A stretch of 64,000 bases of DNA from a bacterium. Lineage in GTDB: Bacteria; SAR324; NAC60-12. Below, piece after piece: positions 48,561-58,542 of the stretch (position 1 is the first letter of the stretch; each line of letters begins with the position of its first letter). The notes under the pieces are model-generated. The model searched no databases. It saw nothing but the letters and a program-made list of their open reading frames with translations, and had not been told where the DNA came from. Location: the NCBI GenBank assembly GCA_965233585.1, contig CBDDTI010000747.1:672001-736000 (forward strand), written 5' to 3'. The position numbers and the translations under genes were made by a program.

Positions 48561-48803
48561 ACTTAGCTAGTGGATTCCCCATTGAATCAATATTCAGTCA
48601 ATCCTAAAAATAAAATTTTCTAGGATTATTGAGTTATCTGGCATTCACCGATTGAAAAGAACTTATGTTTCAGAAGCATTTTTATTAATTTACGCAAAGT
48701 GAATGCAACAATGTCCCATAGGTTATTTAAATGTTAAAAATTTACAGAATCACAAACAGCATTATCTACAAAGCACAAAAAATATAGTGAATGGATAAAG
48801 GTT

Positions 48804-50051
48804 ATGTCTAAAAATAAAAATGTATTTGTGGTTGTTTCCATTGACGGTATTATAACGCTGGAATGTGGTATAGGCATTGTGGTTGCTGATTTTTTTGATA
48901 ATATATGCCAGTTTGACTACTTTGACAATCGGGATATATTCGCCATTTCCCCTGATGTGTGTCATACATCAGCAGATTACAGGCAAGACATATTTCGTAA
49001 GGTTGCCAATGTGTGTGCGGTACACAATGGGGATATACTAACTTATGCTGTGCCTGATAATAGCAGTCTTAAAAACGCTTGGGGATTACAAGACATTCAA
49101 AATTGGCAAAATGCTTGCGTAAAAACAGCTGAATTGATTAAAGGAATTGCACAATCCTATGACACTGTGACGGTTGTTGTACATGGTATTATGCTTGCCA
49201 ATGTTCGTTCTTATATCTCTAATCCTAATGTGCAAATTATCTTTGTGGCACATAGCTTGGGTATGGCGGGCAATGATGCCCTTGCCCAGCAACGGATTGA
49301 TTGGGAGGAAAAAGGATTTTTTGCATTGCAACAATACTCTATGGATAAAATCGCATATGTCAGTTATTTTACCAAGGCACTATTAGAACGCAATTATGCC
49401 GTTGATTCGCAGTATTTGATTCCTTGTTTAAATGGCGTGTGGACGCAAAATCCTAAATACAATATTTCTGAACACACACAGCAACAAACCCTACAATCTT
49501 ACGGTATTCAAGACGATATACCTTTGCTGTTTTCATGGGGCAGGTGTGTTCCAAGTAAGCATTTTGATAAAATCATTGATGGGTGGGCTAGGTTTTGCCA
49601 ACAGCACCCCGATGCGACGGAATGTTTGGTATTATTGATGCCCAGTGCAGTGGTGGCAGATGCTTACAAAGATATGCTGATGGATAAAATTCGGGGTATT
49701 CCGTCCCATAGGATTAGGGCTGTATTTGATTTTTCTGATACGCTTCCTATATCTATGTTAAAGCATAAAAATCTAAAAACGGTGATATTTGCCAGCGAAT
49801 TTGAAAGCTACATGCTGACTGCTGCCGAATCTTTGGCATTTTGTGCAAAGGATGTGCAACATGTTTTTTATTCTATTCCACCGTTGGAAGAACAGTACGC
49901 CCATATGGATAACGCTCACAGGTTCACCACATATGCGGACACAGAAATTGTTGATGTTATCAAACAATCGCTACACAGCACACACCAAGGGAGCAACACG
50001 CCCCCAGATTTTGTCAACAAAATGCGACAGTTTTTAAAATGTATAATATAG
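48804..50051 (+). CDS. GT-B fold (GT4-like) glycosyltransferase
   Basis: LFSWGRCVPSKHFD and FASEFESYMLTAAE resemble GT4 donor-binding motifs. Confidence 0.6.
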   Translation: MSKNKNVFVVVSIDGIITLECGIGIVVADFFDNICQFDYFDNRDIFAISPDVCHTSADYRQDIFRKVANVCAVHNGDILTYAVPDNSSLKNAWGLQDIQNWQNACVKTAELIKGIAQSYDTVTVVVHGIMLANVRSYISNPNVQIIFVAHSLGMAGNDALAQQRIDWEEKGFFALQQYSMDKIAYVSYFTKALLERNYAVDSQYLIPCLNGVWTQNPKYNISEHTQQQTLQSYGIQDDIPLLFSWGRCVPSKHFDKIIDGWARFCQQHPDATECLVLLMPSAVVADAYKDMLMDKIRGIPSHRIRAVFDFSDTLPISMLKHKNLKTVIFASEFESYMLTAAESLAFCAKDVQHVFYSIPPLEEQYAHMDNAHRFTTYADTEIVDVIKQSLHSTHQGSNTPPDFVNKMRQFLKCII

Positions 50052-50124
50052 GGTTTGGTATAGACAATTAACCTATAATATTTTTTAGCTCACTGTTTTA
50101 ATTGTCTTTTTTTGGTACAACCTT

Positions 50125-50550
50125 CTAGGAAGAAAGAGCTTGTCCTTCAGCATCATAAATTTGTTGAAGGACTTTATTGACAAGTGGGGCAGATTCGTTG
50201 TTGATAAATTCTCTTGAAAGAATGATGGCTTCATTGATTAAAACCTTCATTGGTGTTTTGACCCAAAGCATTTCATAAGTTGCTAACAATAGCAGATGAC
50301 GTAGCAGCATTGTCATTTTCTCCAGTTTCCAACCTGTCATGTTTTTTCTGATAAGTCCTTCTATTTGAACTTGATGACCAAAAACTCCAAAAATTAGATC
50401 ACTTGCAAATGCTTTGACTTCTTGACTCGTTTGACTTCTTTGCAGAAAGTCATTCACAGCATCATGATCTTCTTGAATTTCTGCAAGATAAAGCAAAGCC
50501 AGTGCATATTGTCTGGCTTTATGTCTTTGTTTCTTTAGCGTTTTTTTCAA
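50125..50550 (-). CDS. nusB: transcription antitermination factor NusB
   Basis: RHKARQYALALLY, TPMKVLINEAI and VNKVL motifs. TTG start with an AAGGAG RBS. Confidence 0.88.
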   Translation of the reverse strand: MKKTLKKQRHKARQYALALLYLAEIQEDHDAVNDFLQRSQTSQEVKAFASDLIFGVFGHQVQIEGLIRKNMTGWKLEKMTMLLRHLLLLATYEMLWVKTPMKVLINEAIILSREFINNESAPLVNKVLQQIYDAEGQALSS

Positions 50551-50557
50551 ATTCTCC

Positions 50558-51844
50558 TTACGATAACTCTTGGTAAATTTGCTTGGCTAGTTCTTGGTTG
50601 TATCCATGCGATGTCATGTTGGCATAAATTCTTCCACGAACTGGAAAACCTAGAAGATAGAGGTCTCCTAGTAAATCAAGGATTTTATGCCGTACAAATT
50701 CGTCTGGAAAACGTAATTCTGTGTTCAATGCTCTGCCTTCATGCAAGATGATGTGAGAATTAAGGTAACCGCCTCCTACCTTGCCTAATTTTTGAGCCAT
50801 GTCAATATTTTCAAAAGTATTAAAAGAACGTGCAGGGGCAATTTCAGTCACAAAATCATTCGTTTTGACATTAAACGTCAGACATTGTTCATGGATAGGT
50901 GCAGGATAATCCACCCTCATTTGAACTTCAAAACCATCGTAAGGCTCAATGAACAGATGCTTTTCTTCAATAGATTCTTGCCCCACTAAGATTTTTTTAT
51001 TGATCACAATCTCTTTCCATTTTTCAGATTGGGGAACAACTTCTGCCTGTTGAATCAAATCACAAAAATCTTTGGCAGAACCATCAATGTTAGGAATTTC
51101 TTCATCAACTTTGATGAGAGCATTGGAAACCCTCATCATGTAAAGTGCTGACATCAGATGCTCCACCGTCCGTGCCTTCTTGCCTAATGCTGAAACTGCT
51201 GTTGAATTTGCTGTAAACGTTTGAGCATTTTGTGCATAGGAATCCAAAGCTGTAACATGGGCAGGAATCATTTGACCATCAAGGGATTGAAAGACAATGC
51301 CTCGGTTTTCTTCCAAAGGACTAATGATGATGCCCGTCCTGCGACCTGTTAGTAGCCCGACACCATTTAATACAACATTTTTTTTGACAGTGCATTGCAG
51401 TTGGTCAATGTTTTTCAAACAGGCAGCACCGTTATTTGGGAGGTTGAGATGTTGTTGAGAAGGGTTGGAGGCTCTTTTTTGATTAGGCAGATTGAGAATA
51501 AAACTGATTTTTCCAAGTAAACTTTCCAGTTGAAAAGGTTTTTCTAAAAAATCAGAGGCTCCCATTTTGATTGCATTGACAGCAGAATCAATGCCCGCAT
51601 GTCCACTCATCATAATAATAGGAATGTTTGGAAAATTTTGACGAAACACCTTCAGTAGTTCCATGCCATCGGTACCGGGCAACCAAATATCCAAAAGCAT
51701 CAAGTCAGGCTGTTGTGCTTGAAGGGCTTCCTGAATCAGGTCAGCATTGTAAAAAACTTTGGTTTCATATCCTTCATCGTGCAAGATTTCCTCTAACATG
51801 GAGCAAATCACACGTTCATCATCAACAATATAAATCAATCCCAT
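50558..51844 (-). CDS. lpxC: receiver domain fused to UDP-3-O-acyl-GlcNAc deacetylase LpxC
   Basis: REC part: IVDDE, LLDIWLPGTDG, MSGH, FLEKP. LpxC part: QCTVKK...GVGL, TVEHLMSAL, EIPNIDGSA, EIAPARSF, RFPDEFVRHKILDLLGDL, TSH. Confidence 0.88.
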   Translation of the reverse strand: MGLIYIVDDERVICSMLEEILHDEGYETKVFYNADLIQEALQAQQPDLMLLDIWLPGTDGMELLKVFRQNFPNIPIIMMSGHAGIDSAVNAIKMGASDFLEKPFQLESLLGKISFILNLPNQKRASNPSQQHLNLPNNGAACLKNIDQLQCTVKKNVVLNGVGLLTGRRTGIIISPLEENRGIVFQSLDGQMIPAHVTALDSYAQNAQTFTANSTAVSALGKKARTVEHLMSALYMMRVSNALIKVDEEIPNIDGSAKDFCDLIQQAEVVPQSEKWKEIVINKKILVGQESIEEKHLFIEPYDGFEVQMRVDYPAPIHEQCLTFNVKTNDFVTEIAPARSFNTFENIDMAQKLGKVGGGYLNSHIILHEGRALNTELRFPDEFVRHKILDLLGDLYLLGFPVRGRIYANMTSHGYNQELAKQIYQELS

Positions 51845-51860
51845 CAGTTTTTTCCCAAGT

Positions 51861-52598
51861 TTAAAAGTTGAGTTTGTCTAACTCTTTGTTAGAAGGAGAA
51901 GATAATTTTTGCTGGTAGCGACGTTCAAAGTTAGAATCGTTACTTCGTTTCAAGACACTATCATTGAGCGTCATAGCAAATTGTGTTCTGGATTGGTCAA
52001 GTGAGACTGTGAAGTAGGTAAAATAGTTGTCAGTCGTTTCATTTTGACAAAATGTGTTTTCTTTGACCATCAAACATTGTCCCCAACAGACTTCAAGAAT
52101 CTTTGAGGCATTTGGGTCTCTAAACAATGCAACAGGGTTGCCATATCTGCTAACCAGCCTTTCAAATAAATCTTGGTCAGACACTGAGGCTTGAAAATAC
52201 CTTGAATAAATCACTTGATAAAGCTGTTGTTGAGCAGTAAACAAGAGCAAAATTTTTTCTGATGAATTGGAAACTTCTGCATGGTATTCATAAAGCTGGT
52301 TATGTTTTTTGATGGTTTGTAATGAGTCAAACGGCTGAATGTTTTTTGCAGCAGAAAGACTCATGCCTAAATGCAGGTTTTGAATGGTATAACGTCTCAT
52401 CAAAGGAGGTTTTTCATTTTCAGGGAAATTTGGACGAAAAGTGGAGCAATCTACCTGTGAAGCTGGTTGTTGTTCTTGTGCAAGACTAGCAGAGTTCAGC
52501 AAGCACAAGACAATCAAAATGAAAAAAAATTTGAAAGCCCCAACAGAACCGATAGTATTTTTTTTGTTTAAAAAAAGGGTAGGCGTCATGGAAGTCAA
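51861..52598 (-). CDS. hypothetical exported protein
   Basis: Hydrophobic signal ending ASLA-Q, in operon with neighbours. Confidence 0.6.
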   Translation of the reverse strand: MTSMTPTLFLNKKNTIGSVGAFKFFFILIVLCLLNSASLAQEQQPASQVDCSTFRPNFPENEKPPLMRRYTIQNLHLGMSLSAAKNIQPFDSLQTIKKHNQLYEYHAEVSNSSEKILLLFTAQQQLYQVIYSRYFQASVSDQDLFERLVSRYGNPVALFRDPNASKILEVCWGQCLMVKENTFCQNETTDNYFTYFTVSLDQSRTQFAMTLNDSVLKRSNDSNFERRYQQKLSSPSNKELDKLNF

Positions 52599-52601
52599 AA
52601 A

Positions 52602-53834
52602 TCAAGCGACAATCATCTTTAGAAATTCTTTTGTTGCCTCAAGAGCAAATCGTAGGCGGTGTTCTTCTTTGGTGAGAAAAACAGGATTTTGAACAAGCAA
52701 GGTTTGTTCTTTCTTCTCTGAAATCAAGGCAAGGGCAACTTGTCCATTTTTCAAACTTTGCCTTGTTCCGTCTGGAGAACCCGCCATTCCTGCCTCTGCA
52801 ATCACGTACGATGCCCGAGTTTGTTCTTTCAATCGTCTGGCTAGTTTCAAGACGTGTTGTTCTGAGACGATTTGACTTAAATTTTGGTCATGCAAAAATT
52901 GCTGTTGTGAGCCTTTGGAATAAAGCACTTGACCCTCCAAAAAATAGTTTGACATTCCATAAGGCTTGCAAAACGCATCTGCTAGCTTGCCTCCTGTGCT
53001 AGTCTCTACTGTTGCCAAAGTGTGACCTTGCTCATCATTTTTTAAGTGTTTGAAAAGATCTTGGGTTGTTTTGACGTTTTCATCAATTTGTTGTTGCAGT
53101 GCATCATAGCCTTGTTTTAATTGATACAAAACATCTTCTTGCCAGACATGGGATTGTTGAGCCACACTTTGCACAATAGAGGCTGGCAAGCACATCTTTA
53201 AACTGACACCTTCCACTGCCAGTTGACGAATGGTTGTTGATGAAAGTTGTAAGACACCAGACAAACCGTTTGGGAAATTGTTGAAGCAAAGCTCTTGCCA
53301 AGAGAATTTGACGTGACGTTGACGTTCAAGCTCTTCCATTTGACCAGCAATATTGTCCTGCCCACGAGAGACAATCCAAAATTCTGCTTGAGACTGCATC
53401 ACTTCCAAGTTTTGTTGCAAAAAAATCTGACATTTTTGCATACGTTTCAGCAAATCGCTACCAATCAGCACTTTGATTTTTTGATTGGCTTGGCTGTACC
53501 TTTCAATATGTTCTTGCAGAAAGACGGGTCTATTTTCATAAAACTCTGATTTGTCAATTTTTGTATTTTTTAAAGACAGTTGAAAGTTGTCAAAACGGTG
53601 TTGCAGTTCGTGGTGAGCTTCTAATGATTTTTGCAGCCATTCTAGTCGTTTCTCACAAGAAGCAATGGACTGCTTTTTGGAAGGGTCAGGATGCAAGCCG
53701 TTGGAGATGATAAAAATCACCTGCCCAGAATGCCCTAATTGTTTGAGAGCTTGGTTTGCAATTAGTAAATGATGTAATCCAATCGGATTAGCAGTTAAAG
53801 GAAAAAGAACAGAGTCACAGCTGTTTCCAGACAT
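52602..53834 (-). CDS. NadD-like nucleotidyltransferase fused to CinA/PncC-like domain
   Basis: FPLTANPIGLHHL, LIGSDL and LSSTTIR (NadD-like); LATVETSTGGKLA...GMSNYFLEGQVLYS...AGMAGSPDG (CinA C-terminal-like). Confidence 0.7.
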   Translation of the reverse strand: MSGNSCDSVLFPLTANPIGLHHLLIANQALKQLGHSGQVIFIISNGLHPDPSKKQSIASCEKRLEWLQKSLEAHHELQHRFDNFQLSLKNTKIDKSEFYENRPVFLQEHIERYSQANQKIKVLIGSDLLKRMQKCQIFLQQNLEVMQSQAEFWIVSRGQDNIAGQMEELERQRHVKFSWQELCFNNFPNGLSGVLQLSSTTIRQLAVEGVSLKMCLPASIVQSVAQQSHVWQEDVLYQLKQGYDALQQQIDENVKTTQDLFKHLKNDEQGHTLATVETSTGGKLADAFCKPYGMSNYFLEGQVLYSKGSQQQFLHDQNLSQIVSEQHVLKLARRLKEQTRASYVIAEAGMAGSPDGTRQSLKNGQVALALISEKKEQTLLVQNPVFLTKEEHRLRFALEATKEFLKMIVA

Positions 53835-54864
53835 CTTTGATCAACTGTTCTGTGGTGTTCCAATCAATGCACTTATCTGTGATAGAGACCCCATATTTCA
53901 AAGGTTGATTAGGAATGAGAGGCTGATTGCCTTCTTCCAAATTGCTTTCAATCATCACCCCAGTCAAAGCCTTCTGACCTGCTTTGATTTGACGAACAAC
54001 TTCCTGACAGACAGCAGGTTGTTGAGCATGGTCTTTGTTAGAGTTGGCGTGAGAACAATCTACAACAATGGACTGACGTAAATCCTTTTTTTGCAACTGT
54101 TCTACCACGTGCTTCACAGTGTTTTCGTCATAGTTAGTACCATCTGCTCCACCTCGTAACACAATATGCCCATGTTCATTGCCTGTGGTTCTGACGACTG
54201 CAACTTGTCCCTCCTGATTCACACCCAAAAAGCTATGTTCTGATGCACAAGACTGCATGGCATTAAATGCAACTTCCAAGTCTCCTGATGTCCCATTTTT
54301 AAAACCAACAGGCATAGAAAGACCGCTTGCTAGCTCCCGATGTGTCTGAGATTCTGTGGTTCTTGCACCGATAGCACTCCAACAAATGAGGTCAGCAATG
54401 TATTGAGGTGTAATGGAGTCCAGCATTTCTGTCCCGATTGGCAAACCCATCTCACAAATGTCAATCAACAACTTTCTTGCCAATTTCAAACCCTCCTCAA
54501 TTCTTTCTGTGCCATCAAGAAAAGGGTCGTTGATGTATCCTTTCCAGCCAACTGTTGTTCGCGGTTTGCAAAAATAAACACGCATCACTAAATAAATCTT
54601 GTCTGAAACTTCATCTGCAAGTGTTTTGAGACGCGTGGCATACTCCGTTGCTATCTGAGGATCATGGATAGAACAAGGACCGACCACGACAAGCAGACGA
54701 CTGTCACGTTGCTCAATAATGGCTTCCACAATGCTTCGTCCTGTGATGACAGTCTGCACCGCCTGTGAAGAAAGTGAGAATTTTTCTACAAGCTCTGTTG
54801 GAGAATGCAAAATCTCCATGGAACCAATACGCAGATTATTTGCTACATTTAAATTTTTAGGCAT
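53815..54864 (-). CDS. aroG: 3-deoxy-7-phosphoheptulonate (DAHP) synthase, class I-alpha
   Basis: GPCSIHD, KPRTTVGWKG, IGARTTESQTHR, DCSHANS and YGVSITDKC motifs. The isozyme (aroF/G/H) cannot be resolved. Confidence 0.9.
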   Translation of the reverse strand: MPKNLNVANNLRIGSMEILHSPTELVEKFSLSSQAVQTVITGRSIVEAIIEQRDSRLLVVVGPCSIHDPQIATEYATRLKTLADEVSDKIYLVMRVYFCKPRTTVGWKGYINDPFLDGTERIEEGLKLARKLLIDICEMGLPIGTEMLDSITPQYIADLICWSAIGARTTESQTHRELASGLSMPVGFKNGTSGDLEVAFNAMQSCASEHSFLGVNQEGQVAVVRTTGNEHGHIVLRGGADGTNYDENTVKHVVEQLQKKDLRQSIVVDCSHANSNKDHAQQPAVCQEVVRQIKAGQKALTGVMIESNLEEGNQPLIPNQPLKYGVSITDKCIDWNTTEQLIKDVWKQL

Positions 54865-54994
54865 CTATTAGTAAGTAAGGGAAAAGACATTAAAAAATAA
54901 AAAGGAAACTTCTCTTGAATCGTCTTGGAAGAGAGAACAAAATGAAAACACGGTACTTGACCTTCGTTTTAGCTGTGTCAAAAAATGGATAGAA

Positions 54995-55068
54995 TCGGAG
55001 CGACAGGATTTGAACCTGCGACCACACGCCCCCCAGACGTGTGCGCTACCAAACTGCGCCACGCTCCG
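54995..55068 (-). tRNA. tRNA-Pro(GGG)
   Basis: Minus strand CGGAGCGTGGCGCAGTTTGGTAGCGC, CACGT-CTGGGGG-GCGTG, GGTTCAAATCC, CGCTCCGA. Confidence 0.95.
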
Positions 55069-55105
55069 AAATTCTTAAAACATTCCATTCTAACAAGGTT
55101 TGTCT

Positions 55106-55816
55106 TTATTCGCCACCTGCCACGGTAATCGTACTTCCGCTGATGTATGAGGCATTGTCACTACATAAAAATAAGATCACTTTGGCAATTTCATCAGGGT
55201 TTGCAATGCGTTTAAGAGGAATCATATTAATCCTTTCATCCATGTTTTTGTTGGGATTAAGTCCATGAATTTTGGTATCGGCTACACCAACTCGCACTGC
55301 GTTGATTAAAGTGTTATATTTTGAATACTCTTTTGCTAAAGTTTTTGTAAGCATTTCTAAGGCTGATTTAGAAAATGTATAATCAGCTGTTCCAGATCCT
55401 CCACCATGTTTAACACCTATGCTAGAAACATTGATAATACGTCCCCATTGCCTTTCTTTCATGGATGGTAAAACTGCCTTTGTGATTAATGTTGGTGCTA
55501 TAAGGTTGGTATTTAACAAAGATGAGATACTTTCAAAATCTACTTCTTCAAAAGATTTTCTAAATGTATAAGCACCTGCATTATTGATAAGAATGTCTAT
55601 ATTAGAATTTTCTATTTTTTTAATAAATTTTTCTATCCCTTCTTTTGTAGAAAAAGTCCCTTGTACTATTTCTAAATTTGAATTTTTTAATTTTTCTAAA
55701 TCACTATTATTTTGATGATAATGTGCAATAATTTTGTACTCAGCTTTTTCTAAAAAAAGATTGACTAAAGTCATACCAATCCCACCGTTTGCACCTGTAA
55801 TTAAGATTTTTTTCAT
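55106..55816 (-). CDS. SDR family oxidoreductase
   Basis: ITGANGGIG, INNAG, NVSS and YTFSK motifs. Very AT-rich. Confidence 0.9.
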   Translation of the reverse strand: MKKILITGANGGIGMTLVNLFLEKAEYKIIAHYHQNNSDLEKLKNSNLEIVQGTFSTKEGIEKFIKKIENSNIDILINNAGAYTFRKSFEEVDFESISSLLNTNLIAPTLITKAVLPSMKERQWGRIINVSSIGVKHGGGSGTADYTFSKSALEMLTKTLAKEYSKYNTLINAVRVGVADTKIHGLNPNKNMDERINMIPLKRIANPDEIAKVILFLCSDNASYISGSTITVAGGE

Positions 55817-56631
55817 TTCTTTTGTAACACTGCAACAAATTTCCTCTTACTAGAATCGGCAGACCACTTTGGAGATAACCTTTTTAAAAAGTAGGTGACT
55901 TCTACATTCGTTCTTTGTTTTATATATTCAATAACAGAATAACTATCAGGACTTACGTAATCATCTCGGTATCCTTGTAAATCCATAATAACATCGTCAA
56001 CTAGAATATATCCTTTATCATTGATAGCATGATAAGCATTACAAATATCCCATGCAATTTCTGGATAAAGATGACCACCATCTATCCAAATTAAATCAAA
56101 CTTATCATTTAATTTCTCTGGAAGGAAAAAACTATTAATTTTCATGGCTTCAATATTTTTGTGATTTAGGTTAATCTCTTGTTTTCTATAAAATTCAGAT
56201 CTTTTATCCAAATCTTCTCTACCATATTGCTTGAAAATAGGATCATTGTCTGGAAGTTCTACAGTAAAAATAGTTGAATCAGGGAACAAATCAGAAAGCA
56301 AAGATGTAGTTTGTCCATCAAAAGTCCCAATTTCTAGAATCTTTTTAGGATTAAAGTTTAGACTAATTGCAGAAAATAAAATCCAATGCACAGATGCCAT
56401 ACCACATAATAGTTCATCAAATTTTTGATGCGATTTCTTAACCAGAACATCATCTAGTTTTTCTCTTGCTAATTGATAATTCCAATTAAATTTTTCAAAT
56501 TTTCTAATTTCTTGTTTTTGAAAGGAATGAACATCATATTTTTTTTCAAATTGAAACTGCTTATATCTAGCTAGGTAATAGATAATTTTATTGTAATATT
56601 TGGATGGATTTAGATATTTGTACATTTTCAC
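55813..56631 (-). CDS. class I SAM-dependent methyltransferase
   Basis: ILEIGTFDG, FDLIWIDGGH and ILVDD motifs. Confidence 0.85.
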   Translation of the reverse strand: MKMYKYLNPSKYYNKIIYYLARYKQFQFEKKYDVHSFQKQEIRKFEKFNWNYQLAREKLDDVLVKKSHQKFDELLCGMASVHWILFSAISLNFNPKKILEIGTFDGQTTSLLSDLFPDSTIFTVELPDNDPIFKQYGREDLDKRSEFYRKQEINLNHKNIEAMKINSFFLPEKLNDKFDLIWIDGGHLYPEIAWDICNAYHAINDKGYILVDDVIMDLQGYRDDYVSPDSYSVIEYIKQRTNVEVTYFLKRLSPKWSADSSKRKFVAVLQKK

Positions 56632-57680
56632 TTATTCGCTAAAGGAAAGCGTACTTCTTCAGCAAGTTGGTTAGAAAGGTAAAGTCCTTCTAACAAAGCG
56701 ACCGATTTGATGCCTTCACGCCCTGTGATGACTTCAGTCTCACCTGCACCCCTCAACAGGTAATTTGCTACTTTTTCATAAAAAGTGATGTGTCCAAATC
56801 CATAAACGGTTGGGGGAGAGGTCTCAGCTTCTTTGATTAATTGGTCTTCTTCAGCAGATTCTGAAAACTCCCATATTTCAATTTTGTTCATACATGTCCC
56901 TCCAATTTTGACAGTTCCTTTTTCTCCAAGAATTGTGATAGAGCCTTCTAAATCTTTTGGGAAAGTCAGGTTAGAAAGGTTGAGCGAACCAATGACCCCA
57001 TTGCTGAATTTGATGACGCCCACGCCATGGTCTTCTACATCAATAGAAAAGCCAGCTGTCCCCATCTTCGCATAAGCAGTTTCTGGAGGAGATCCAACAA
57101 TCCACTGCAACATATCTACATAATGCACTGCTTGATTAGTAAAAACGCCTCCTGACAGGTCACGTCTTGAACGCCAACCATGATCTTCGGTGTAGTAGCT
57201 TAACTCCCGATGCCAATAAAGATTGACATGACAGCTAGAAATTCTGCCAAACCTTCCTTTGTCCACACATGCTTTTAGCAACTGATTCGTGGCATTGTAG
57301 CGATTTTGTAGCACAACGAAAAGCTCCACACCAGCATCTTCACAACAATCAATCAGATTCTCTGCTTCTAACAAACTAGTTGCAAGCGGCTTTTCAACAA
57401 TGACATGAACGCCTTTTGCTGCAACTTTCGTTGCCAGTTGGGGGTGCCTGCCATTTGGAACATTGATGCTCACTAAATCTAGCTCTTCCTGTTCTAGCAA
57501 AGTCTCCAAACGGTAGTAGGCTTTTACACCATATTTGGTTGCCCATTCGTCAGCACGGGAGCGGTCAATGTCGCAAACTGCCACAAAATCATAGTCAGGA
57601 TTATCTTGCACAGTCTGGTAATGAGCTGTGCGGCTGACTCTACCACACCCTACAATCGCAATTTTTAGTTTCTTTGCCAT
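56628..57680 (-). CDS. Gfo/Idh/MocA oxidoreductase, WbpB/WlbA-like nucleotide-sugar dehydrogenase
   Basis: VGCGRVS, VEKPLA, LQNRYN, NQAVHYVD, EGSITILGEKGTVKIGG and VYGFGH motifs. Confidence 0.85.
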   Translation of the reverse strand: MAKKLKIAIVGCGRVSRTAHYQTVQDNPDYDFVAVCDIDRSRADEWATKYGVKAYYRLETLLEQEELDLVSINVPNGRHPQLATKVAAKGVHVIVEKPLATSLLEAENLIDCCEDAGVELFVVLQNRYNATNQLLKACVDKGRFGRISSCHVNLYWHRELSYYTEDHGWRSRRDLSGGVFTNQAVHYVDMLQWIVGSPPETAYAKMGTAGFSIDVEDHGVGVIKFSNGVIGSLNLSNLTFPKDLEGSITILGEKGTVKIGGTCMNKIEIWEFSESAEEDQLIKEAETSPPTVYGFGHITFYEKVANYLLRGAGETEVITGREGIKSVALLEGLYLSNQLAEEVRFPLANK

Positions 57681-57683
57681 AGT

Positions 57684-58112
57684 TTAGTTTTGGTGTAAAA
57701 CATACTCTTCTTCAAACACTTCTTGCCACGAAAGGCTTTGAACCGTTGATTTTAAATCTGTTTCATCTTCTGCCTTTTCAGTTGCATTTTTAAGACAATC
57801 TTCCCAAACCGTTTCCATAAAGTTTTCATTAAGTGAAGGTGAATCTTTTCTAATTCTTATAATCTGCCTTCTTGTCTCATTGATAGAATTTCTCCAACTT
57901 TTGGAACGATGAGAAGGCTGAATCTTCCACTTAATGACATGAGTCATCAAAACAATGAGATAGCTCGCAATGCTCCGTTTATCCTTTCTTGCCATGTATT
58001 CAATTTCTTCAATGAGATTCTCCACGTCCAAATGTTCAAATTTTCCTACTCGTATCAAATTGGCTTGATGTTCTGCCCAGAGGACAAAATCTTGTTCGTA
58101 TAAATTAGTCAT
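57684..58112 (-). CDS. DUF29 family protein (copy 5)
   Basis: LYEQDFVLWAEHQANL...LDVENLIEEIE...SWRNSI...SPSL...AEDET signature. Confidence 0.88.
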   Translation of the reverse strand: MTNLYEQDFVLWAEHQANLIRVGKFEHLDVENLIEEIEYMARKDKRSIASYLIVLMTHVIKWKIQPSHRSKSWRNSINETRRQIIRIRKDSPSLNENFMETVWEDCLKNATEKAEDETDLKSTVQSLSWQEVFEEEYVLHQN

Positions 58113-58542
58113 CTTTTTGACTCTCTAAAAGGTATTCTTCTTCAAAAACTTCTTGCCAAGAAAGGCTCTGAACTGTTGATTTTAAATCTGTTTCATCTTC
58201 TGCATCTTCTGTTCCTCGCTTAAAACATTTTTCCCAAATACTTTGAATGTAACTCTCATTTAATGAAGGGAGGTCATCTCTAATCCTACTAATAGATTTT
58301 CTTTCATTTCTAATAGTGTTTTGCCAGCTTTTAGAACGTTCCTGAGGTTGAATCTTCCACTTGATAATGTGCATCATAAGAACGATCAAATGACTTGCTA
58401 AACTCTTTTTTTCTTTTCTTGCCATGTACTCAACTTCTTCAATGAGATTCTCGGTGTCTAATTGTTCAAACTTGCCTGAACGTATTAGATTGGCTTGATG
58501 TTCTGCCCAGAGAACAAAATCTTGTTCGTACAAATTAGTCAT
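58105..58542 (-). CDS. DUF29 family protein (copy 4)
   Basis: Same signature, 8-nt overlap with the next copy. Confidence 0.88.
   Translation of the reverse strand: MTNLYEQDFVLWAEHQANLIRSGKFEQLDTENLIEEVEYMARKEKKSLASHLIVLMMHIIKWKIQPQERSKSWQNTIRNERKSISRIRDDLPSLNESYIQSIWEKCFKRGTEDAEDETDLKSTVQSLSWQEVFEEEYLLESQKDD

Noticed and set aside
54995..56631. tRNA-Pro-anchored integrative island
   Set aside because: The AT-rich genes lie 5' of the tRNA, and I see no integrase and no duplicated tRNA 3' end.
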